From: a virus
DNA: 64,000 bases
UHGV virus genome: UHGV-1372088
Direction: 5' to 3' (one strand)
Shown in pieces: positions 38,758-48,852 of the stretch. The stretch's first letter is position 1. Every line of letters starts with the position of its first letter. The notes under the pieces are model-generated. The model was given only the letters and a program-made list of their open reading frames with translations, was not told where the DNA came from and did not search any database. The translations under genes were made by a program, and so were the position numbers.

Positions 38758-40263
38758 ATGAGTATGTACGAAGTTGGCACCGTAGCGGGTGCCGCAAATC
38801 AGGCGAAAGTGACTGGTACGACGACGAAATGGTCCAATGCCGCGCTGGGTGTCCAGCAAGGTTCTATTCTGGTTGTTTACAGGAGCGGCAATGCAGATCT
38901 GTATGCGATCAAGTCTGTCGATAGCGACACACAGTTAACGCTGTCCAGAAATATCACTGTCGCTTTCTCTGGCGCGTCGTATGGCATTATTACGTCAGAG
39001 ACAGCCAGCACGTCAGCTTTTGCCAATCAGCTCGCCAGCGCGTTCTCCCTTTGGCGTAGCGTCGTCGAAGGATGGTCTGCTGCGCTGACGTCGACGGGCA
39101 ACATTACGATGACAGATCCCATCACAGGAGTGTCAGTTACGGTCCCTGCCATTAATGGCATGGCCAGGATTGCCGGCGGCAACAACTTAACCGGAACGCA
39201 GAGCCTCGACAGCGACGACTCCGGTTTTATCCTCGGAAAAAATGGCGACATAGGTCTTATCAAGAAAAGCGGAACCTATGGGAAGGTTATGGTGGGAAAA
39301 TCGTCTCGATTCTCAGTCGTTCGAAGCGACAAAGACCGGATATCGGCAACTGACGAACAGACTGAAATTTTTGGCGTTGAAGCTAACGGTGACGTCAAAG
39401 TCGCGAACTCACTTTATGCTAAAGGTGTTCTACAAAGTGATTATCAGGTTAAAGCGCAAAGTATCGAGCTTTCCTATACAACACCGTATATCGACTTCCA
39501 TTATGGGAATAGCACGGCAGACTATACTCACCGAATTATTGCGGATGACCCGGTCGCATTAGGGTTCGAGTGCAGTCTTCGAGTTGCCAAAAATATTCGC
39601 GCGCAGGAGGGTATCAAAGCCGATTTATATGTGCGTGCCGCCAGTCGTGCCGGCATCATAGCGCAATATGACAGTGACCCCGGCGGAAATATCGGTGATC
39701 TTCGAGTTGCCCCAATCGTATGCAGTCAATTCGCAACTGTAGGCGCTGATGGAAACGGGAACGCTGGCGCGAATTTTTGGTTTGAGGAACACATAGGTTA
39801 CAACCACCGTCTGGTAACTCAGGTCAAGGGATATGGTGCGGCGGTTCAGTATTGGCATCATCGCAGCGATGGGATGATTTGGAATAGTCAACGTGGGGAT
39901 GTGGCATGGGCTGCAACCTCTGATAAAAATCTCAAGCATGATATTAAGCCCACAGACGGTCGACAGTCTCTGGATAACATCAACGCTATGGACCTCGTTA
40001 CGTTTGTTTATAACGATGACGAAAAAGGCAGAACGAGACGTGGCGTGATAGCGCAGCAACTTCAGGAGATTGACCCATGCTATGTGAAGGTTAGTCGTGG
40101 CGAAATACTCAAAGATGAAACTGAAGACGGCACGGGGACTCCGGTTGTTGTTGAGAAGCTCGTTCTGGACACCAACCCTCTCTTGATGGATGCACTGAGT
40201 GCCATTCAGGTTTTGTCGAGAGAGATTGAATCCCTAAAAGCTGAGTTAGCCTTGCGCTCTTAG
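38758..40263 (+). CDS. tail fibre / tailspike with a C-terminal intramolecular-chaperone (peptidase S74-like) domain
   Basis: C-terminus DKNLKHDI...GVIAQQLQEIDPCYV...LLMDALSAIQVLSREIESLKAEL resembles the autoproteolytic chaperone domain of endosialidase-type fibres. Confidence 0.6.
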   Translation: MSMYEVGTVAGAANQAKVTGTTTKWSNAALGVQQGSILVVYRSGNADLYAIKSVDSDTQLTLSRNITVAFSGASYGIITSETASTSAFANQLASAFSLWRSVVEGWSAALTSTGNITMTDPITGVSVTVPAINGMARIAGGNNLTGTQSLDSDDSGFILGKNGDIGLIKKSGTYGKVMVGKSSRFSVVRSDKDRISATDEQTEIFGVEANGDVKVANSLYAKGVLQSDYQVKAQSIELSYTTPYIDFHYGNSTADYTHRIIADDPVALGFECSLRVAKNIRAQEGIKADLYVRAASRAGIIAQYDSDPGGNIGDLRVAPIVCSQFATVGADGNGNAGANFWFEEHIGYNHRLVTQVKGYGAAVQYWHHRSDGMIWNSQRGDVAWAATSDKNLKHDIKPTDGRQSLDNINAMDLVTFVYNDDEKGRTRRGVIAQQLQEIDPCYVKVSRGEILKDETEDGTGTPVVVEKLVLDTNPLLMDALSAIQVLSREIESLKAELALRS

Positions 40264-40350
40264 GTTGCGATGATATGTAAGTGTATACATACTAGCCTAG
40301 TGCGGCTATCATACAGGCTGGAATCGGTTTGACAGACATGGAGGACGAAA

Positions 40351-40665
40351 ATGTCAAACGAAATGCACGGTGTGAGCCGCACGGAAGTGGAGCGCATTGC
40401 GCAAATTGTCGCACGAGAGGTCTTGCAGGGCTTGCGCGACGAGGTTGGGGAAGAGGTCGATAAGCGTCTTAAGGCTTATCTCGGAGACATGACGTCGACG
40501 CAGCACAGCATTCAACACGCGAATCTGGACAAGCTGCTCAACCGAATGGACGCCATCTCAAGCGGATTTTTCGGTGGGGTCGTTTCGAAGGTGACGTCTT
40601 TCCTGATCACAGCATTGCTGCTGGGGCTTGCAGCATACGGCGTTAAAAGTGGAATTGGACAGTAA
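40351..40665 (+). CDS. small membrane protein, possible holin
   Basis: 104 aa with a single C-terminal TM segment. Directly upstream of the lysis genes. Confidence 0.3.
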   Translation: MSNEMHGVSRTEVERIAQIVAREVLQGLRDEVGEEVDKRLKAYLGDMTSTQHSIQHANLDKLLNRMDAISSGFFGGVVSKVTSFLITALLLGLAAYGVKSGIGQ

Positions 40666-40675
40666 GGGGAAAAGG

Positions 40676-41365
40676 ATGACTCCAAGAGGTATTCGTAACA
40701 ACAACCCAGGCAATCTGGATAACACGAACCCGTGGCAAGGTCTTGTGGCCAACAAGAACGAATCGCGGTTCGCAACATTCAAGGATGCGACATGGGGGAT
40801 TCGTGCATTGGCGGTCACGCTGATCACTTATCACGACAAGCGCAAAGCGAAAGACGGCTCTCGAATCGACACGATCCGCGAAGTTGTCGAGCGCTGGGCG
40901 CCACCGTCCGAAAACGACACCACGGCCTACGTTAAGGCGGTGTCCAAGGCGGTTGGCGTGTCGCCAGATATGGAAATCGATTTGCACCAGTACCAGATTC
41001 TGAAGCCTACCGTCGAGGCGATTATTCGTCACGAGAACGGGCAGGGTCCGCTGAAGACGGCAAATACGTGGTATTCCGACGACGTCATCGACGAAGGTTT
41101 ACGCCGTGCCGGTGTTGTGAAGCCGACCAAGGCAGTGAAGTCCATCCCTGTTACCAAGGAGACGGCCGGCGCTTCATTGACCGCCTCTCTCGGTATTGCG
41201 CAGCTGGCGCAGATTGCACCGCAGATCAACGATGCAATGAACAAGGCGCAGGACAACATTTCCAGCGGTGATTGGGTGCGCATTGGGTTTGGTGTCGCGA
41301 CGATCGTGATTGCCGGCTTCATTGCCTGGTCGCAGGTTCGCAAGTATCAGAAAGGGACAATCTGA
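40676..41365 (+). CDS. putative cell-wall hydrolase/endolysin-like protein with a C-terminal TM segment
   Basis: Position before the spanins. N-terminal GIRNNNPGNL...WQG region of unrecognised family. C-terminal hydrophobic helix WVRIGFGVATIVIAGFIAW. Confidence 0.3.
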   Translation: MTPRGIRNNNPGNLDNTNPWQGLVANKNESRFATFKDATWGIRALAVTLITYHDKRKAKDGSRIDTIREVVERWAPPSENDTTAYVKAVSKAVGVSPDMEIDLHQYQILKPTVEAIIRHENGQGPLKTANTWYSDDVIDEGLRRAGVVKPTKAVKSIPVTKETAGASLTASLGIAQLAQIAPQINDAMNKAQDNISSGDWVRIGFGVATIVIAGFIAWSQVRKYQKGTI

Positions 41366-41622
41366 TGGGTGTAGTAGTCGCTTTGATTAGTAAGTTCAAA
41401 GTGGCGCTGGCGACGGCTTCGGCCGTCGTTTTAGTGCTTTTCGGCGCTTACATGTTAGGTGGTCGCTATGCTCGGCGAGCGGTCGAAATTAAAGAGATCC
41501 GCGAAGAAGGTCTTCGCAATAAGAAAATCGTAGAGGCAAAGGTTGAAACATCAAAGCAAGTTGCAAGTCGGTCTGATGATGCCGTGCATTCTGAGCTTCA
41601 GTCTGATTGGATGCGCGATTAA
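41365..41622 (+). CDS. i-spanin (Rz-like)
   Basis: ATG overlaps the upstream TGA (TGATG). N-terminal TM segment followed by a charged coiled region. Confidence 0.6.
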   Translation: MGVVVALISKFKVALATASAVVLVLFGAYMLGGRYARRAVEIKEIREEGLRNKKIVEAKVETSKQVASRSDDAVHSELQSDWMRD

Positions 41623-41776
41623 AAAGCCGGTCACAATAGGCTTTTGTGACGTGTCGGCACCAATATACGCAAGTCGATCCGATCTCATGACGCCGGAAAC
41701 GGAGCGTCAGATCCTCGAACATAATTTACTAGGTAAGAGACTGTGTGCTTGGGGAAAAAAGAAATCCGTTGATTGA
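41576..41776 (+). CDS. o-spanin (Rz1-like lipoprotein) embedded in/overlapping the i-spanin in the +1 frame
   Basis: Signal sequence with lipobox MMPCILSFSLIGC. Start lies inside the i-spanin ORF. Confidence 0.55.
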   Translation: MMPCILSFSLIGCAIKKPVTIGFCDVSAPIYASRSDLMTPETERQILEHNLLGKRLCAWGKKKSVD

Positions 41777-41781
41777 TGGCT

Positions 41782-41815
41782 GAGCGCCCGCATTTAGAGG
41801 CGCTCGTTTTTTTTG
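41782..41815 (+). terminator. rho-independent terminator
   Basis: gagcgcc ... ggcgctc followed by T10. Confidence 0.75.
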
Positions 41816-42045
41816 TTAGTTGCAGCCTGATTAATGTCTGCACATCGTCGCAACGTAACGCATTTTGAGACGTTCTAATCGTTACTGGTACGTTTGCTTA
41901 TCGACCCTCTCTCCATGCCACCAGCACCCCAATCCCTTCGTTTAAAACGACACCCAAGCCAAGCTATTGCATTTTACAGCGAATCGAAAAGCGGCTAGTA
42001 TTCCCTAAACAAGAAAACAACATGTTTACTAACGAGGCAGTGTAT

Positions 42046-42711
42046 ATGCAAACTACCGTTATAGTTGTTGGTGGAACAAAAGGCGGACCGGGCAAATCAA
42101 CAATCGCCCAGCAAATAGCCGCCTATCTCATCCTGAAAAAGAAAAAAACCGTGTTCATTCTCGACATCGACCCCCAGATGACGACCGCTCGCTGGTGCGA
42201 AGACCGCTCTGAGAATGAAGATTTGACCATCATCCCATTCGCCGCCAAACAGCACGATATCGATCAGACTATCGCCAGCTTGCGAGGAAGATATGACTTT
42301 GTGGTTATCGATGCAGGGGGCTTTGACTCCGACATTCAGCGACATGCTCTGAGACACTCTGACGTCGTTCTTCTGCCGCTAAGACCGAAACGTCGCGATC
42401 TGCGTTCACTTGGCGATGTGGATACCGTTGTCGCGGCAGCCAGAGCGTCTAATCCAGATCTGAAAGCCTACGTCGTCATGAATCAGTGTCCGTCATTGCC
42501 GTCTCAGGCGAAGCGCATTCTGGTGGCGAAGGATGTATGTGAGACGTTTGGTCTGGAAACCACACCGGTCAATCTTTACAACCGCAACGTGTACGACGAT
42601 GCAGAGTGGGCGGGGCGTTCCATCTTTGAAGTGACTGGCTCTGAACGTGATCCGAAAGCGGAAGCGGAAATTCAAGAAGTCACCAATTTTATTCTTTCTG
42701 GAGGTAATTAA
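42046..42711 (+). CDS. parA: ParA/MinD-family partition ATPase (small type Ib-like)
   Basis: Deviant Walker A GGTKGGPGKST, A-prime box LDIDPQ, Walker B VVIDAGG. Confidence 0.75.
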   Translation: MQTTVIVVGGTKGGPGKSTIAQQIAAYLILKKKKTVFILDIDPQMTTARWCEDRSENEDLTIIPFAAKQHDIDQTIASLRGRYDFVVIDAGGFDSDIQRHALRHSDVVLLPLRPKRRDLRSLGDVDTVVAAARASNPDLKAYVVMNQCPSLPSQAKRILVAKDVCETFGLETTPVNLYNRNVYDDAEWAGRSIFEVTGSERDPKAEAEIQEVTNFILSGGN

Positions 42712-42713
42712 GC

Positions 42714-43154
42714 ATGGCGGACGATTTGAAGAAGGCTGGTGGGTTTGGTGACTTGACAAGCGGTGCTCGTCAATCGAAGCGCATCGAAGAAGCCGACAAA
42801 CCGGCTCGCGTATCAAACAAGACCCAAGGCGCTCCACTGAAAGGTAAGACGGCAATCAGAAGTCGCACCATCAGCCTGGAAGAAGAGTACGTTGAGTTCA
42901 TGGAAATTCTGGTTAAGCGCCTTCCTGACCTAAGTCTGTCACGATCAGATATCGTCCGTGTTGCACTGGTCGCTCTCAGCAAGATGAAAGCCGAGAAGCT
43001 GAAGTCTGTCATCGAACAGAACCGTTTGACCACCAGCAATGAAGTCGGTCTTCGCATTACCGAACTGGAACGAGAGTTCGACAAAGCCGAACGAGAAGAG
43101 CTGTTGAAGACTATCACGCCGGAAGAGTTGGAAAGGCTAATTGACCGCAGCTGA
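42714..43154 (+). CDS. small partition partner protein (ParG/ParB-like, putative centromere-binding)
   Basis: 146 aa immediately downstream of parA. Basic N-terminus and coiled C-terminus. Confidence 0.45.
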   Translation: MADDLKKAGGFGDLTSGARQSKRIEEADKPARVSNKTQGAPLKGKTAIRSRTISLEEEYVEFMEILVKRLPDLSLSRSDIVRVALVALSKMKAEKLKSVIEQNRLTTSNEVGLRITELEREFDKAEREELLKTITPEELERLIDRS

Positions 43155-43173
43155 TTTTGGAAAGCTGGCCTAC

Positions 43174-43477
43174 CCCTATATGTTTTAAGATCTTTTAAAA
43201 GAAAGTTATTAAATATATACAGAGCTAGGCTTTTTAACGCATTCAAAAGGCTTGAAAAGACAACACCCAGATACCTTTCAGGTACTGGCTGTTAACGTCA
43301 AAACCCAGAGTCAAAACCACGGAGTAAGGCATCTGAAAGATGCCTGGCTCCGTTCAGTTAAAGACGGTTCTGGGGTACTTGTTTTAAGTCAAAGCCCAGC
43401 CTTTTCTTCCTTCAAAAAGACCTAGCTCTGTATATCTTTTAATACTTTCTTTTAAAGTCTTTAAAAACATATAGGGG
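43174..43477. repeat. inverted pair of the 60-bp element (43174-43230 and 43419-43477) flanking a ~190-bp hairpin-rich core
   Basis: The arms are reverse complements of each other. The core contains aggcatc tgaaa gatgcct and ccagatacct ttc aggtactgg hairpins. Confidence 0.8.
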
Positions 43478-43609
43478 TATTCGACGTTCACCCCAGACCT
43501 CAAAAAGAAGCCGCCAAAGAACCTACATTTCCCACTTTTAAAAATCACGCAGCCACATTACACTTGGCACAATTGTAAGTATGTAAGTGTATACATAGGC
43601 ATCATAAAA

Positions 43610-44332
43610 ATGATAAAGCTGCACATGGCGCTGGATTTCGAAAAGTACGACATTCTGGAGACGATGGATACCGCGACAATGGACTTGTGGGTATCCCAGC
43701 ACGTCGGTCTTTCCCGATGCAAGGCTGAATCGTCGCTGTACACCAGTAAGTGGTTCGACTACCGCACCATGCACCCTCTTGTGGCCACCTGTCTTTTTAC
43801 CGAAGTGTATAAGCTCAAACACTCCCAGATTACCCGTACCCACGGAAGAGAGGATCTGGTGAAAGCCTACTTTACCACAGGTTTGAAGAGAGTTTCATAC
43901 CTTGACATGTCGAAGGCGAACATCACGTCTCTTTGGAAAGCGAGACAGGTGGCGGACAGGTACTGCGTCCCATACGACTACTTTGTCGAGACCATCCTCA
44001 GCATCGCAGCATCGAGACTATGGGATAAGCTGCCGCGACCGCAGCATATGTGGCAGGAAGATCTCATTGAGATTTTTGAAGAGAAGATGAAGACGCGCAT
44101 GAAGACCACCTTCGACGATTCCGATTTCAGCTTCCAGAACGCATCCCAGATTGTCAACCGTGAAATTCAGATGGCTTATTGCCAGTGGATCATCAACCGC
44201 GTGAAGGATATGCCGTCCAGCAAGCGTGTTTACGCTATCGCTAATGTCGCCGTCCTGAATCGCCTCGTGCCGATGTCCGTCATGCAGAAGTGCTTTCCGG
44301 CCGAGTCGGAGAGAGCTCAGGTCTTCTGTTGA
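43610..44332 (+). CDS. hypothetical protein, first gene of the replication module
   Basis: 240-aa ORF. No recognised motifs. Confidence 0.35.
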   Translation: MIKLHMALDFEKYDILETMDTATMDLWVSQHVGLSRCKAESSLYTSKWFDYRTMHPLVATCLFTEVYKLKHSQITRTHGREDLVKAYFTTGLKRVSYLDMSKANITSLWKARQVADRYCVPYDYFVETILSIAASRLWDKLPRPQHMWQEDLIEIFEEKMKTRMKTTFDDSDFSFQNASQIVNREIQMAYCQWIINRVKDMPSSKRVYAIANVAVLNRLVPMSVMQKCFPAESERAQVFC

Positions 44333-44397
44333 TGCCCTTGTGTAGTTTGAAATAATTAACCCATGAAACAAGTTGTTTAGGAAATAAGAGAAAGGAC

Positions 44398-45747
44398 ATG
44401 TCAGAAGATACCAGCGTATTGCACACCGGTAAGCCACTGTCTGAAGAGTTTAACGACGACTTTCAGAACCGCCTGGCCGCCTATTTTTGTCGCGACTTCC
44501 AGTTCACCAGCCGCGCCGGTGATTTGGTTGAGCCCGATCAGTTTTCAAGTGCAGCCAACGGCTTTCTGGTAGACCTGGTCGGTTCGTACTTCAAGATGTA
44601 CCGCAGCATTCCTTCGACGAAGGTGCTGGTCGAGCTTGTTCTTCAGGCCAACAAAAAGGGTCGCATCCGCGCCGAGCTCATGCCAGATATTAAGGCGGCG
44701 ATTGCCCGCTGCATCAAAGAGCCGCTGACGGACACGAATTACATGGTCGATAAGGTGGCCACGTTCGCTCGTTCCTGTGCTTTCGATGACGCGCTGATCA
44801 AAGCCGCCACGCTGAAGGAGAAGGGCGAGTTCGAGAAAGCGATGGTCGTCATGAACAAGGTCAACATGGTTGGCGCTTCAGGCGCAGACGATGTTTACGA
44901 TTATCTGGCCCGTGAAGAGGAACGTCTGGCCGCGCGTGACTTTGAAGCGTCGGATGATTACGTGCCAAACTCCATCCCGACCGGCGTCCGCATTCTGGAT
45001 AAGACGCTTTATCAGAAGGGCTGGGGCCGCCGTGAGATGGTTCTGATTATGGGCTTCGCTAAAGCAGGTAAGTCGACTGCGATGGGCGAGTTCGCAGTAA
45101 ACGCAATTCTGGCGGGTTATAACGCGCTCTACGTCTCTCTGGAAGTGCACACATCCATTTTGTCAGACAGGTTCGATGCGCGTCTCTCTGAGCTTCCTAT
45201 GGAGAAATTGACGGAACGACGCGATGAGGTGCATCGGAAGCTACGCGATATCGGCGCGGATGGGAAACTCGGTTCGCTATGGATTGTCGAGCGTCCGTCT
45301 GGTTCCTTCTCTCCGGCAGACCTGGACCGTCTTATCGATAGCATGGGAGCATCCGGGAAGAAGGTCGATATGGTTGTTGTCGACTATGCCGATCTGATGA
45401 GAGCGACGAACCCATCCAAAGACGACCGCGTTGATGTGAAGAACATTTACACCGATCTTCGTGCCGTGTTCGATAAACATAACGTTGCAGGTATGACTGC
45501 TTCGCAGACAAACCGTGACGGTGGAAGTGCAGAAACAGCGACCATGATGCACGCCGCAGACAACATCGAGAAGGTCCGTATCGCCGACCTGATTATCTCA
45601 ATCAACAAAACGGAAGAGGAAGCGGAGAAAGGCGAAGCGCGTTTGTTCTTTGCGGGCTCTCGTAACCAGAAAGGCGGGTTTGCTCTGCGTGTCCAGCAAG
45701 ATCTGGAGCAAATGCGATTCATTAAGAGCGTGTTAGGCGTCATCTAA
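44398..45747 (+). CDS. replicative DNA helicase (DnaB/RecA-fold family)
   Basis: Walker A GFAKAGKST. RecA-like core. Adjacent to the primase. Confidence 0.55.
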   Translation: MSEDTSVLHTGKPLSEEFNDDFQNRLAAYFCRDFQFTSRAGDLVEPDQFSSAANGFLVDLVGSYFKMYRSIPSTKVLVELVLQANKKGRIRAELMPDIKAAIARCIKEPLTDTNYMVDKVATFARSCAFDDALIKAATLKEKGEFEKAMVVMNKVNMVGASGADDVYDYLAREEERLAARDFEASDDYVPNSIPTGVRILDKTLYQKGWGRREMVLIMGFAKAGKSTAMGEFAVNAILAGYNALYVSLEVHTSILSDRFDARLSELPMEKLTERRDEVHRKLRDIGADGKLGSLWIVERPSGSFSPADLDRLIDSMGASGKKVDMVVVDYADLMRATNPSKDDRVDVKNIYTDLRAVFDKHNVAGMTASQTNRDGGSAETATMMHAADNIEKVRIADLIISINKTEEEAEKGEARLFFAGSRNQKGGFALRVQQDLEQMRFIKSVLGVI

Positions 45748-45751
45748 AAAA

Positions 45752-45785
45752 AAGGTGCGGGCTGAGGCTACGCACCTTATTTCAG
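45752..45785 (+). terminator. rho-independent terminator
   Basis: aaggtgcg ... cgcacctt hairpin followed by atttc. Confidence 0.55.
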
Positions 45786-45878
45786 TATCGAAATCAAACT
45801 TAACCGGTTTTTTGGAACCGAGAAAATACACATGAGATTAAATCTTACCAAAAGCGCCATTTCTGGCAAGAGGTAGAT

Positions 45879-46997
45879 ATGTCAGAGCTTCAGGAATTAT
45901 CGGAAGAGCTGGACTTCGAGCAGTGGCTTGACTCCGAGGGCGTAACGTATCGTCGCGGTTCTGTTTCGTCTCGCGGTCGAGAGCTGAATATCAAAGAGTG
46001 TCCGCACTGCGGCAGCGCCGGCTGGAAACTTTATTTCAACGTAACGACCGGCCTGGGTAAGTGCTTCGCGGGCGATCACCCGGAAGACGTTCAGTTTAAC
46101 AAGCTGACATTCATGAAAAGCCATTTAGGTTGCAACTGGACGCAGCTTAAACAGACGATCAAAGACGAGCTCCGTCAGCAGGGCTGGAAGCCAAAGACAA
46201 CCGAAGAAGAGACGCTGGAAAGCAAGCGGGAGCTGGTCAGCGATCTGACGTTGCCATTTCACTACATGCTTCCCATCGAGGGCCAGCTGCCAACGTATCT
46301 GGTGGGGCGAAACGTGGGCGTCGACCTGACCACGTATTTCGATTTGCGCTACTGCGTGAACGGCCAGCACGTCTATCTCGACTATGTGACGAAGAAGCCG
46401 AAGATGCAGTGTTTCGATATGCGCATCCTGATCCCCGTCTACAGTCTCGATGGTGAGATGAAGACGTTCCAGGGGCGTGACGTCACCGGCGTAGCGGAGA
46501 AGCGCTATCTCTTCCCCAACGGACTGCCGGCGTCGGGGAAATTTCTCTACAACGGCCACAATGCGATTGGCAAAAAGACGGTCGTCGTTTGTGAAGGTGT
46601 TTTCGATGTCATAGGGGCCAAGCGAGCGCTGGCGACGGAAATATCCATCAGAGAGCTTGTGGAGCCAGTGGGGACGTTCGGTATGCACTTGAGTGGAAAC
46701 GTCCGTGGTGAGGATGAAGACCAGCTGGGGGCGTTTCTGGAGCTCAAAAAGCAGGGGCTGGAAACCGTCGTCATGATGTGGGATAGCGAGAAGCAAGCGA
46801 TACACAACACGTTTGGCGCGGCCAGACGTCTTATTTCGATTGGGTTGAAAGTCAGGATCGCCTGTTTGGGCGAGGAAGGACTCGACCCAGGCTCAGCAAC
46901 TAACGAGCAAATCATCCGGGCCTTCTATCGTGCCAAGCAGTACACCAAGGCACTGGAAATGATGGCAATGTTAAAAGGAATCGAGGCGTTAAAATGA
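45879..46997 (+). CDS. DNA primase (zinc-binding + TOPRIM)
   Basis: CPHCGSAGWKLYF zinc ribbon near the N-terminus. VVVCEGVFDV TOPRIM-like acidic motif. Confidence 0.55.
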   Translation: MSELQELSEELDFEQWLDSEGVTYRRGSVSSRGRELNIKECPHCGSAGWKLYFNVTTGLGKCFAGDHPEDVQFNKLTFMKSHLGCNWTQLKQTIKDELRQQGWKPKTTEEETLESKRELVSDLTLPFHYMLPIEGQLPTYLVGRNVGVDLTTYFDLRYCVNGQHVYLDYVTKKPKMQCFDMRILIPVYSLDGEMKTFQGRDVTGVAEKRYLFPNGLPASGKFLYNGHNAIGKKTVVVCEGVFDVIGAKRALATEISIRELVEPVGTFGMHLSGNVRGEDEDQLGAFLELKKQGLETVVMMWDSEKQAIHNTFGAARRLISIGLKVRIACLGEEGLDPGSATNEQIIRAFYRAKQYTKALEMMAMLKGIEALK

Positions 46998-47809
46998 AAG
47001 AGATCAGAGCGTTTGTCGAAAGAGAGGCGAAGTTCGTATTCGCGCACTTGCTTGAAAATAAGGGGATCACCGCGAAAAGACGACAGACCATCGAAGAGCG
47101 AAGCATTGATTACGCGGTCAACTTGCTACCTCGCAAAGAAATTTTTGATGACGTGATAATGATGACGCAACCCGGATGCATCGCAGCAGTGAGCATGGCG
47201 CGGTTTGGGCCTCACTACCTTGTTGCGCTCTCCGACGACTTCCCTATGACGGCCGAGGCGTCCAAATGTTCATTCCTGATTGTGTTGATGGAAAGACGAA
47301 ACAGAGGTCAGTATTTGCCAAAATCAAATACGTCGCTGGTCTTTACTCGTGACGAGTATTCCGACACCGCCTCCATGTTTAACGAGTCGATTGATCATTT
47401 CAGACCGATCGATGAAAAATTGAGAGGCTTAACTGTAGACAGTGAGATGCCTAGCGTCATCATCGAAAGACCCAAAGATTTACTGTCTCGTATTGGGACG
47501 GAGGATAAGGGGGCGATCGCGGCGAGCATCAATCAGCACATTCACACCGCACTGGATAACGCCTTCTCTGACTTTGAGCCGGACGCAATGAATATCATCT
47601 CTTCAGCCAGTCGATTTGTTGGTGGCATGTTGGGCGAGTATGGCCGGGAGTTCGTTCGCAAGGCAACACATATAGAAACTCTTCTCGTGCAGACGCGATC
47701 CAATCTCGCTGGCCGCGTCGAAGAGCTTATTGCCTCAACCGCATTAGATGAATCAAGGCTGTCGTCCGACAAGCCACAAGGCTTTAGCCACCTCTGGGGC
47801 ATGTTCTAA
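46994..47809 (+). CDS. hypothetical protein
   Basis: 271-aa ORF overlapping the primase stop. Confidence 0.35.
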   Translation: MKEIRAFVEREAKFVFAHLLENKGITAKRRQTIEERSIDYAVNLLPRKEIFDDVIMMTQPGCIAAVSMARFGPHYLVALSDDFPMTAEASKCSFLIVLMERRNRGQYLPKSNTSLVFTRDEYSDTASMFNESIDHFRPIDEKLRGLTVDSEMPSVIIERPKDLLSRIGTEDKGAIAASINQHIHTALDNAFSDFEPDAMNIISSASRFVGGMLGEYGREFVRKATHIETLLVQTRSNLAGRVEELIASTALDESRLSSDKPQGFSHLWGMF

Positions 47810-47888
47810 CCTCAACAATTCACTGCCATGCCGTTGCACTTCGTTTATGATATATGTATAAGTAAGTGCATACATAGGTGCAACGAGC

Positions 47889-48332
47889 ATGAGCAAGATA
47901 AATATCAGCAAACTTCCTTCAATTTCCAACAACAGCTATTACCTGAAGTGCTCTGCGCCGTCTGCGAACGGCAAAGATATGGGGTGTAGCTACACGGTAT
48001 GTCAACACACTGTCATTACGTTTCAGGCCGGAAAACTTAAGGGATTTGATGGTTGTCGCAAGGCGATCGCTGAGCGCAAATGCAAAGCCGTTGGAATGAT
48101 GGTCGAGGAAATTAAGTCGGGGGTTCCGATTTACTTCGTCGATAGCGCTGAAGAAATCCGTCTCGTTGAAGAGGAACGAGCCAGGTCAAGCATCTTCGCC
48201 GCGCGGAAAAAATCGTCTCCGACGTTCGCATCTCGTATCGCCAAAACCGAATCAGTGCCGGCCGCTAAGCCAGCGGCTCCAATCGTAGATATTTACGCGG
48301 AGCTCGTCGCGGCCGAATTGTCCAGTAAATAA
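47889..48332 (+). CDS. hypothetical Cys-rich protein
   Basis: 147 aa with N-terminal C...C...C..C spacing. Confidence 0.3.
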   Translation: MSKINISKLPSISNNSYYLKCSAPSANGKDMGCSYTVCQHTVITFQAGKLKGFDGCRKAIAERKCKAVGMMVEEIKSGVPIYFVDSAEEIRLVEEERARSSIFAARKKSSPTFASRIAKTESVPAAKPAAPIVDIYAELVAAELSSK

Positions 48333-48360
48333 GCTGTTTACATAATAAGAGAGAGTACAC

Positions 48361-48852
48361 ATGAAACTGTCATATACGCCAGTTGTAGGCGAGCTATGCC
48401 AAATATCCGCGCAGTATCTTGGTGCCGGGTGGTTTGACTGCCAGGTGCTGGCGATGTCGGAGTTCGGTATTTGTGTGAATGTTACGAAGGAAGACGGGAA
48501 GAACTTCTTCTGGATTGACTCGACCGACGAGAGCGTGGCGGCCGACTTCCGTCGCAGCCTGTCTTTCCATCTCCACTGGGCCAACAAAGAGACTAACGAC
48601 CGTGTCGAGATGATATGTGTCGCCGACGACGCAACGACGCCTGAGAGCCGCACAAACAAGATTGTCGCATATATCGATCGTACTTCCGGCGTTGTGTCTT
48701 GCCTCCAGTCTAATGACTTCCTCGACAGATTCGAACGTGTGGAGGGTTTAGACGACTTCCCATCCGCTCCGCAGCCTCAAGACGGTTGCGACATTCTGGA
48801 ATCTCAAGACGACCCGATCATCACATCAGCCACACTGGAGGCCACTGCCTAA
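48361..48852 (+). CDS. hypothetical protein
   Basis: 163-aa ORF. Stop overlaps the ligase start (TAATG). Confidence 0.3.
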   Translation: MKLSYTPVVGELCQISAQYLGAGWFDCQVLAMSEFGICVNVTKEDGKNFFWIDSTDESVAADFRRSLSFHLHWANKETNDRVEMICVADDATTPESRTNKIVAYIDRTSGVVSCLQSNDFLDRFERVEGLDDFPSAPQPQDGCDILESQDDPIITSATLEATA

